DNA of 63,852 bases, filler included, from Octopus bimaculoides (taxonomy: Eukaryota): the NCBI RefSeq assembly GCF_001194135.2. It is 5 parts of 5 records of this genome, joined end to end, with 100 filler letters (N's around TTAATTAATTAA, not from the genome) between each part and the next. Parts side by side here need not be neighbours in the genome. Positions count along the whole stretch, not along the records: positions 39,507 to 58,665 come from NC_068993.1; positions 58,766 to 62,662 come from NW_026438479.1; positions 62,763 to 63,852 come from NC_068997.1; 2 more parts are not named here. One strand, given 5' to 3'. The notes under the pieces were generated by a model. The model was not told the DNA's origin and ran no database searches. It was given only the letters and a program-made list of their open reading frames with translations. Shown here one piece after another: positions 54,108 through 63,852 of this stretch (position 1 is the first letter of the stretch; every line of letters starts with the position of its first letter). A program made the position numbers and the translations under genes.

Positions 54108-55274
54108 ATATTCACTTTTAAGTGTATGCTTGTATCTATCTATTTCGCCTAGGTCGACTTTGCCTTTTATCATTCCGGGGTCGATTAAATAAGTACCAGT
54201 TATGCACTGAAATCGATGTAATCGACTTAATCCCTTTGTCTGCCCTTGTTTGTCTCCTATATGTTTCGTCCCCTGTGGGCAATAAAAAAGACATATTTAT
54301 CTATCTAGACACACGCGCGTGCGCACATACACCTATATATGATATGCACGTAGGTTTCTATGTTTGTATATATATGTATGTATATATGCCGCGACATTTT
54401 CACAATTCTAAAGCCTTCAGTTTTTGTCAAAATAAGCGGCTTTGACTATTACAAAATAATAAGAATTGTCCTTTTCAATCACGAAATAAAATAAACATTT
54501 TCCACTAAAGAATCGATGTATGAATTTTATTATGTTCTTTCTATTCGGGACTTGAGAACTGTCTAACGTGTCCTTTATCTCACAATATGCTGAAGAATAT
54601 AAGGTGTGGTGTCTTTTAAAGTTGATCTAGGTTATTTGGTTGAAGGACTTAAGTGACATTGCTTGGATTAAGGAAAACGGGACGTGCGCATTTCCTTGCT
54701 GTGTTCCATGTATAATGTATATATGTGTGTGTGTCTGTGTGTGTGTGTGTTTGTTTGTTTCTATGCTTATATATGCATACATATATTTATACGTGCGTGT
54801 ATCCATGGTTTTGGTGTTTTTTGAAATCGTCATTGTGTTCATACTCAAATACACATAGAGAATGATTTCTTCGCCCCTTTTTTGTATGTATGTATATATA
54901 TATATATATATATATATNNNNNNNNNNNNNNNNNNNNNNNNNNNNNNNNNNNNNNNNNNNNNNNNNNNNNNNNNNNNNNNNNNNNNNNNNNNNNNNNNNN
55001 NNNNNNNNNNNNNNNNNNNNNNNNNNNNNNNNNNNNNNNNNNNNNNNNNNNNNNNNNNNNNNNNNNNNNNNNNNNNNNNNNNNNNNNNNNNNNNNNNNNN
55101 NNNNNNNNNNNNNNNNNNNNNNNNNNNNNNNNNNNNNNNNNNNNNNNNNNNNNNNNNNNNNNNNNNNNNNNNNNNNNNNNNNNNNNNNNNNNNNNNNNNN
55201 NNNNNNNNNNNNNNNNNNNNNNNNNNNNNNNNNNNNNNNNNNNNNNNNNNNNNNNNNNNNNNNNNNNNNNNNNN

Positions 55275-55305
<31 letters not shown>

Positions 55306-56164
55306 GTATACACATATGTATGTATGTATGTTTGTACTCACACACATATCTTTTTACTTTTTATTTTCTTTTTGAATGTTTTAGTCACCGCCTTAAAGAA
55401 CTTTTAGTCGACTGAAGATCATCAACTCCAGCATTTTTCTTTTTAAGCCTAGTACATTCTATGAATTAGGCTTAGTACATTCTCTTTTGCCGAACTGCTA
55501 AGTTACAGGGACGTAAACACACCAATATCGGTTGCTAAGCGGTGGTGGAGGACAAATACAGACACAAAGTAATACACAAGCACATGTACACATGCACACC
55601 TACGCACACACGCACGCACACATATTTATATATGCGTATACATACATACATACATACATACATANNNNNNNNNNNNNNNNNNNNNNNNNNNNNNNNNNNN
55701 NNNNNNNNNNNNNNNNNNNNNNNNNNNNNNNNNNNNNNNNNNNNNNNNNNNNNNNNNNNNNNNNNNNNNNNNNNNNNNNNNNNNNNNNNNNNNNNNNNNN
55801 NNNNNNNNNNNNNNNNNNNNNNNNNNNNNNNNNNNNNNNNNNNNNNNNNNNNNNNNNNNNNNNNNNNNNNNNNNNNNNNNNNNNNNNNNNNNNNNNNNNN
55901 NNNNNNNNNNNNNNNNNNNNNNNNNNNNNNNNNNNNNNNNNNNNNNNNNNNNNNNNNNNNNNNNNNNNNNNNNNNNNNNNNNNNNNNNNNNNNNNNNNNN
56001 NNNNNNNNNNNNNNNNNNNNNNNNNNNNNNNNNNNNNNNNNNNNNNNNNNNNNNNNNNNNNNNNNNNNNNNNNNNAAGGGTGGAGAAAAAGTTCTTTCTA
56101 AGACAGAAGAGTGCAAAAGAGGAAGGTATGTATGTGTGCGTTCGCGCGGGTCTGTGTGTGTGAG

Positions 56165-56199
<35 letters not shown>

Positions 56200-56674
56200 C
56201 TAAAGCCTTTATTGTATTCTAGAAAATATATGACAAATTCAAAGGTCGTTAAGATTATAAAATATTAAAATTTAAAACAATTTAAATTTCTGTGATGTCC
56301 TTATTCTTAACATCGGGGCGTATTATTTTTATTAAAGATGTAAATTCGATCGATAAAAAATTTATTTTAACTTCAATATAGGAAGCATGTTAGCTCCTAT
56401 ATAACTTTGTGTCTTTTGTCTTACATTTACGAAACATCCTTAGTAAATTCATCCTACAGTTACTTGAATTAACTTTCACTAGAATATATTTTTCAATATG
56501 AATATCTCGTTCTTTCGTTCTTTCGGGTTCGAAACAATGAGTACCAGATGTTCACTGGAGTCGATGTGATCGACTTAACTCTTCCCACGAAATTGCTGGC
56601 CTTGTGCCAAATATTTGAAATCACTATACATGTGTGTATATATATATATACATGCATATATGCGTTATATATAT

Positions 56675-56719
<45 letters not shown>

Positions 56720-57866
56720 NNNNNNNNNNNNNNNNNNNNNNNNNNNNNNNNNNNNNNNNNNNNNNNNNNNNNNNNNNNNNNNNNNNNNNNNNNNNNNNNN
56801 NNNNNNNNNNNNNNNNNNNNNNNNNNNNNNNNNNNNNNNNNNNNNNNNNNNNNNNNNNNNNNNNNNNNNNNNNNNNNNNNNNNNNNNNNNNNNNNNNNNN
56901 NNNNNNNNNNNNNNNNNNNNNNNNNNNNNNNNNNNNNNNNNNNNNNNNNNNNNNNNNNNNNNNNNNNNNNNNNNNNNNNNNNNNNNNNNNNNNNNNNNNN
57001 NNNNNNNNNNNNNNNNNNNNNNNNNNNNNNNNNNNNNNNNNNNNNNNNNNNNNNNNNNNNNNNNNNNNNNNNNNNNNNNNNNNNNNNNNNNNNNNNNNNN
57101 NNNNNNNNNNNNNNNNNNNNNNNNNNNNNNNNNNNNNNNNNNNNNNNNNNNNNNNNNNNNNNNNNNNNNNNNNNNNNNNNNNNNNNNNNNNNNNNNNNNN
57201 NNNNNNNNNNNNNNNNNNNNNNNNNNNNNNNNNNNNNNNNNNNNNNNNNNNNNNNNNNNNNNNNNNNNNNNNNNNNNNNNNNNNNNNNNNNNNNNNNNNN
57301 NNNNNNNNNNNNNNNNNNNNNNNNNNNNNNNNNNNNNNNNNNNNNNNNNNNNNNNNNNNNNNNNNNNNNNNNNNNNNNNNNNNNNNNNNNNNNNNNNNNN
57401 NNNNNNNNNNNNNNNNNNNNNNNNNNNNNNNNNNNNNNNNNNNNNNNNNNNNNNNNNNNNNNNNNNNNNNNNNNNNNNNNNNNNNNNNNNNNNNNNNNNN
57501 NNNNNNNNNNNNNNNNNNNNNNNNNNNNNNNNNNNNNNNNNNNNNNNNNNCAAAAAACCCTTAAAAATACAAGGCACACAAAGAGCCTTTCTTTTTCTTT
57601 CTTTTTTTGTCACTTTTGCTATGAATTAAATTAATGAATTCAACGGGACACACCGTCTGCAAGTAGTTGGGTTCAGCATATTATCCTCCATTTTCTGTAT
57701 GCATATGTCTATATCTATACCTATATTTATTTATGTATGTATGTATGTATGTATGTATGTATGTANNNNNNNNNNNNNNNNNNNNNNNNNNNNNNNNNNN
57801 NNNNNNNNNNNNNNNNNNNNNNNNNNNNNNNNNNNNNNNNNNNNNNNNNNNNNNNNNNNNNNNNNN

Positions 57867-57904
<38 letters not shown>

Positions 57905-58507
57905 CACATAGATACATATATATGTTTGTGTGGGTGTGTGTGTATCACAGAACATGTATGTTTGTGCGAGTGTGCGCGTGCATGTATATATGTATGTATG
58001 CATGTATGTATGTATGTATGTATTGACAGCGTTCATTAATATTAAAAGTTAGCTATTTAAGAGAAATGAAAATTAGCTTAAATTTGTCTCTTACGGAGAC
58101 GCCATTTTCGTTATGCAGGAAGCCACCGTTTCTTTTAACTTAATTACTTTTCACATGTAATCTTTGTATCTTTGGTTTACTGATTAAACAAGATAGTCAT
58201 CTATATGTTTCTTGCCTTTGTCAATGTACGTTACGTATGTATATACTATTATATTACTTGCTAGCTTATCTCAATCAATACGTAATATATATGTATTGAT
58301 TGTATATGCCTGTATATACATACACAAACACACATGCATACTCATACATACATACATGCATACAAACATGCCTACATATATACATACATATGTATGTATA
58401 TATATGTGTGTGAGTGTTTGTGTATATATATAGATGTATATATATATATATATGTATGTATTTATACACAATATATCTCTAGGTATGTGTGTGTGTATAT
58501 ATATATT

Positions 58508-58568
<61 letters not shown>

Positions 58569-58665
58569 CTGTGTGGGATGTATATATATATATATATATA
58601 CACACACATATATATGTAGATATGTACACATATATGTGTATTCATATATATATATATATATATAT

Positions 58666-58765
58666 NNNNNNNNNNNNNNNNNNNNNNNNNNNNNNNNNNN
58701 NNNNNNNNNTTAATTAATTAANNNNNNNNNNNNNNNNNNNNNNNNNNNNNNNNNNNNNNNNNNNN
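58666..58765. other. Synthetic scaffold-join spacer
   Basis: Same 44N-12-44N structure. Confidence 0.95.
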
Positions 58766-58792
58766 ATATATAAATATATACACACATATATA

Positions 58793-58847
<55 letters not shown>

Positions 58848-60275
58848 GCATAAATGTGTGTGTGATGACTGTGTTGCGTTGTTTTGGGGGCATTGTGGCT
58901 TTGATTGACTTCGGTGGCACGGTTGGAGAGGTGTCACAATTAAATCGGTAGGAGGTGGTGGAGGTGAGGGAGAGGATCTTGCTGATGTTGTTGTTTAACC
59001 CCAGGTCAGTCCTGATCCAGACAGACCTACGGTCAGAGATGTCCACCTGTGACCATCCCATCTTTTCTTCAGCCACAGTGTATCTAGAACTACACTAACT
59101 AATGTAAGGTATATAATAGCTAGTATTAGTGGCGATAGATGTTGTTGTTGTTTAGCCACAGGCCAGAGCTGATCCAGACAGACCTATGATCAAAGATGTT
59201 CCACCCATCTTTTATTTAGGCATAGTGTATCTAAGACTACATTATCTAATGTATAGTATAATAGTATTAGTGGTTATAGTTGTTTATCACCCCACCTCAC
59301 CCCAAAGTCACTTATCCAACAGAGCTATTCTCAAAGACGTTCCAGCTATGGCTATCGCTTCTTGCAAGTAACCAAAGACCACCTTATCCAATGATCATCT
59401 CCAGCTCTGTTCTGATTTGATAAGGGTTCGGCTGTTATTTCCAGCAGATCAAGTCACCACAAAACCTTCTAACACCCACACTAACCCTAAATCAAAGAAA
59501 TAAACACCCACAACAACAAAGTGAGTGGGTTGGGTGAGTGCTTCCGCTTTTCTGAGGTTTGATAAAGGGCGAGTCTGTTCGAAATATTAGGATGTGAATG
59601 ACGTGGGGTTGGATCAAAAAAAAAAAAAGGAGGGAGCACCAGTAAGGGGACGTCTATGGCTGTTCTGAGAAGGTCTGGGCGTTTTAGGAACGGTGATTAA
59701 AGGGTCAAGTGTTAAAGAAATGTAAGGGGCGAGTGGAGGCGGTTGTGGTGGATCGGTGGGGTGGTTTACAGAGATTTAAGGTTAGGAGTATAGAGGTGTG
59801 ATGTGTGACCCTTTAAAAAGTCTTGCTAGTCGGATGTGAGTTTCCATGAATTTTTTTCTTTCGGTGCAGGCGATTGTGAAACAGTTATTGATGATGGCGA
59901 TAATGTAAAAGATATAGTTTGTTNNNNNNNNNNNNNNNNNNNNNNNNNNNNNNNNNNNNNNNNNNNNNNNNNNNNNNNNNNNNNNNNNNNNNNNNNNNNN
60001 NNNNNNNNNNNNNNNNNNNNNNNNNNNNNNNNNNNNNNNNNNNNNNNNNNNNNNNNNNNNNNNNNNNNNNNNNNNNNNNNNNNNNNNNNNNNNNNNNNNN
60101 NNNNNNNNNNNNNNNNNNNNNNNNNNNNNNNNNNNNNNNNNNNNNNNNNNNNNNNNNNNNNNNNNNNNNNNNNNNNNNNNNNNNNNNNNNNNNNNNNNNN
60201 NNNNTGTTAAACTAAAGACCCTGCCACGCGGTGCTCCAGCATGGCCGGAGTCAAATGACTGAAAATATAAAGGAA

Positions 60276-60328
<53 letters not shown>

Positions 60329-60692
60329 CATACTCGAGAGAAGCGCGTACGCAATCACGTTTATGCATAAATGTCATTTCACTCCATCCCGTCCCACCAC
60401 GACCACTACTGCTGATATATCAGAAAAGAAACTGCCGCATATTCTTTGCAATGGTGCGGACACACAGACACATTAAAGTGTTGCAGCTGTACATAAAATG
60501 CATACAGAGGGAAAGAGAAAGAAAGAGAGAGAGAGTGTGAGTGTGTGAGAGTGTGTATGGGGCTGTATGTAGCTATGTTTGTCACACACGCATATAGGGG
60601 AGGAGAGAGAGATACAATCAATGAGGTATAGATAGATAGATAGATACATACATACATACATAATACATACATACATAGAGAGAGAGAGAGAG

Positions 60693-60749
<57 letters not shown>

Positions 60750-61036
60750 GGAGACAGACAGACAGATAGACAGACAGACAAACAGACGGACAGACAGGCA
60801 AATAGATATACAGACAAATAGGTTGATAGAGCAATAGACAGACTGATAGACAAATAGCTAAACAGATAGCTATGCGTGCGTATACCTTTGTATGTATGAC
60901 GAAGATATGTGCGTTTCTTGTAACTGTGTATGTGTATGTTTGCGTGTACTTGCTTTATACGTATGCGTGTGTCGCACACACGTGTTTCGAGAGGATACAT
61001 GGCTGTGTTTGCGGTTGTTAGTGTGTTTTTCTGCGT

Positions 61037-61111
<75 letters not shown>

Positions 61112-61236
61112 TGTGTGTGTGTGTGTGTGAGTGCGTGTGTATGAGTCAGATTTGAGGTTTCGTTGATGTGCAACACAAGGAGGACGTGCGCATGTCTGGA
61201 TGCATGTATGCGTGCGTGCGTGCGGGCGGGCATGTT

Positions 61237-61267
<31 letters not shown>

Positions 61268-61447
61268 ATGTTTTATGCGAGCATATGCCCGTGCATGCAT
61301 GTGCACATTTGTACTTATTTTATCGACCCCCGAAAGTATGTAAGGTAAAGCCGACCTCGGCGGAATTTGAACTCAGAACGTAGCAACGAGCGAAATACCG
61401 CTAAGCATTTCGTCCAACGCGCTACCGAATCTGCCACCTCACCGCTT

Positions 61448-61496
<49 letters not shown>

Positions 61497-62662
61497 TAAT
61501 AATAATAATAATAATAATGATAATAATAATAATAATGATAATAATAATAATAATCTTTTCTACTCTNNNNNNNNNNNNNNNNNNNNNNNNNNNNNNNNNN
61601 NNNNNNNNNNNNNNNNNNNNNNNNNNNNNNNNNNNNNNNNNNNNNNNNNNNNNNNNNNNNNNNNNNNNNNNNNNNNNNNNNNNNNNNNNNNNNNNNNNNN
61701 NNNNNNNNNNNNNNNNNNNNNNNNNNNNNNNNNNNNNNNNNNNNNNNNNNNNNNNNNNNNNNNNNNNNNNNNNNNNNNNNNNNNNNNNNNNNNNNNNNNN
61801 NNNNNNNNNNNNNNNNNNNNNNNNNNNNNNNNNNNNNNNNNNNNNNNNNNNNNNNNNNNNNNNNNNNNNNNNNNNNNNNNNNNNNNNNNNNNNNNNNNNN
61901 NNNNNNNNNNNNNNNNNNNNNNNNNNNNNNNNNNNNNNNNNNNNNNNNNNNNNNNNNNNNNNNNNNNNNNNNNNNNNNNCATAGAGGGGGGGACAAACAA
62001 GGACAAAGGGATTAAGTTGATTACATCGACCCCAGTGCGTAACTGGTACTCATTTTAATCGACACCGAAAGGATGAAGGGCAAAAGCGGCCTCAGCGAAA
62101 TTTGAACTCAGAATGTAACGGCAGACGAAACGCTGCTAAGCATTTCGTCCGGCGTGCTAACGATTCTGCCAGCTCGCCGCCCACAGGCAATGTCAATATC
62201 GGCGGAAGAGATGGAGCAGCGGCATTAATAAATATAATTACCTTAAGATCCAACCAGTTTGATATTGTCAAATTTTAACTCTCAATATCTCAATCCCTAC
62301 TTATCAACGCCTTAAAATTTCTCAAGACATAGTATTATATATTACGGAGATGTACTTGCAAAGCAAGTGACCTGATCTGAGATCGTGTGCTGGAACGAAG
62401 ACAATTGCAGCGTGGAAGGTGTTTATAAGCCATTTAGGAATCACACAAAAACCTTTAGATTCACTTCAACATTTAAATTTAATTTGCCAAAATATTTTCG
62501 TGGCTTTGAGACCGCGACCTGATCTCTGACAAAATTTCGTGCTGCATCAACTAAATATTTATCGTTTACATTCATGCTAAAAAGACTCTTATATTTTGAC
62601 AGATTCAACTTAGGTTTAAAAAAAAAATTGAAAAGCAGGCAAGGTTGTTTTGATGTAAGTAT

Positions 62663-62762
62663 NNNNNNNNNNNNNNNNNNNNNNNNNNNNNNNNNNNNNN
62701 NNNNNNTTAATTAATTAANNNNNNNNNNNNNNNNNNNNNNNNNNNNNNNNNNNNNNNNNNNN
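62663..62762. other. Synthetic scaffold-join spacer
   Basis: Same 44N-12-44N structure. Confidence 0.95.
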
Positions 62763-63669
62763 GTGGTGGCGGTGGTTGTGGTGGCGGTGGTTGTAGTGGT
62801 GGTGGTTGTGGTGGCGGGGGTTGTGGTGGTGGTGATTGATGTGGCGGTGATTTTAGTGGAAGTGGTTGTAGTGGAGGTGGTTGTGGTAGAGGTGGTTGTG
62901 GTGATAGTTGTAGTGGTGGTTGTCTTGGTGGTTATGGTGGATGATTATAATGCCTGAGGTGGCGGTAGTACTGAAACTATGGTGGAAGTGGTATTGGTGA
63001 TAGTACAGGTAGTGGTGTTGGTGGTAGTTGTGGTTTTAGTCGCGGTAGTGGTAGTGGTGGTATTGGTAGTTGTGGTGGGCGTATTGTGGATTGTGGTGAC
63101 TGGTGGTGGTACAGGTGATTGTTGTGGTGGTACTGGTTGTAGTGGTGATTGTAAGCGTAGTGGTAGCGGTGGTTGTTGCTGGTGGTGGTTGCAGTGGTAG
63201 TATTGGTGGTTATGGTAGTACATGTGATAGTTGTGGTGGTGACATTCATGTTTGTGGCTGCGATGTTGTTGGTCGTAGTGGTGTTTTCGTGACGGTAGCG
63301 GTTGTAGTGTAAGTGAAATAGTGGCAGTGGTAATATAGATGTTGTTGTTGTTGATGGTGATGATGATGGTTCTTGAGGATGGCGGTGATGCTGCTGGTGG
63401 TGCTGGTGGCGATGGGGGTATTCTTGGTGAAATGCGATGATGCTGTTGGTGTTGGTGATGATGATGGTGATGGGGTTGCTGTTGCTGCTGTTGTTGGGGT
63501 GGTGGTGGTGATGGTGGTGGTGGTGGTGGTGGAGACGTTGATGCTCTTTGTGATGGCGACGATGGTGGTGATGGTGATGGTAGTTTAGAGGATGGTGTTC
63601 TTGATGATGGCGATGATGGTTATTCTTGGCGACGATGGAGGAGACTGTCGGGCACTTAGTGATGATGGC

Positions 63670-63713
<44 letters not shown>

Positions 63714-63743
63714 CGATGATGATGATGATGATGATGGTAATGG

Positions 63744-63778
<35 letters not shown>

Positions 63779-63852
63779 GCGTTGATGATGGCGATGATGA
63801 TGATGATGACGACGACGACGACGATGATGATGTGGTATTGATGAAGGTGTTT
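62763..63852. repeat. Degenerate (GTG/GTT/GAT)n trinucleotide low-complexity tract
   Basis: Continuous mixed triplet repeats; the poly-V, poly-M and poly-T ORFs here are artefacts. Confidence 0.9.

Overview
AT-rich, microsatellite- and retroelement-dense eukaryotic DNA, almost certainly octopus: it contains a cephalotocin precursor exon and octopus-type SINEs. The species is not determined. The draft assembly has many N gaps and four synthetic 100-bp joins (44N-TTAATTAATTAA-44N), so the window is at least five pieces (1-26924, 27025-39406, 39507-58665, 58766-62662, 62763-63852) whose adjacency is not shown by sequence. The only confidently recognised protein-coding feature is exon 1 of cephalotocin, an oxytocin/vasopressin-family precursor (minus strand, 34539-34384): signal peptide, CYFRNCPIG-GKR, short linker, then a consensus GTAAGT donor at the canonical family intron-1 position. 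I could not find the neurophysin exons or an octopressin gene in the visible sequence. Also present: an intact tRNA-Ala(AGC), a decayed tRNA-Ala copy, a possible unannotated spliced exon pair near 9.2-10.2 kb, and a nest of (TAA)n-anchored R4/Dong-like retroelement ends in the cephalotocin intron. Other features are an 81-nt near-perfect hairpin in that intron, an 11-bp-phased TGACGT array upstream of the gene, a perfect 118-bp inverted duplication, and many SINE, LINE, Tc1/mariner and MITE relics. Nearly all ORF-track entries are microsatellite or N-run artefacts. I found no convincing evidence of a wholly new biological system; the best leads concern cephalotocin gene structure and regulation. 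Element family names are from recalled motifs, not database searches.
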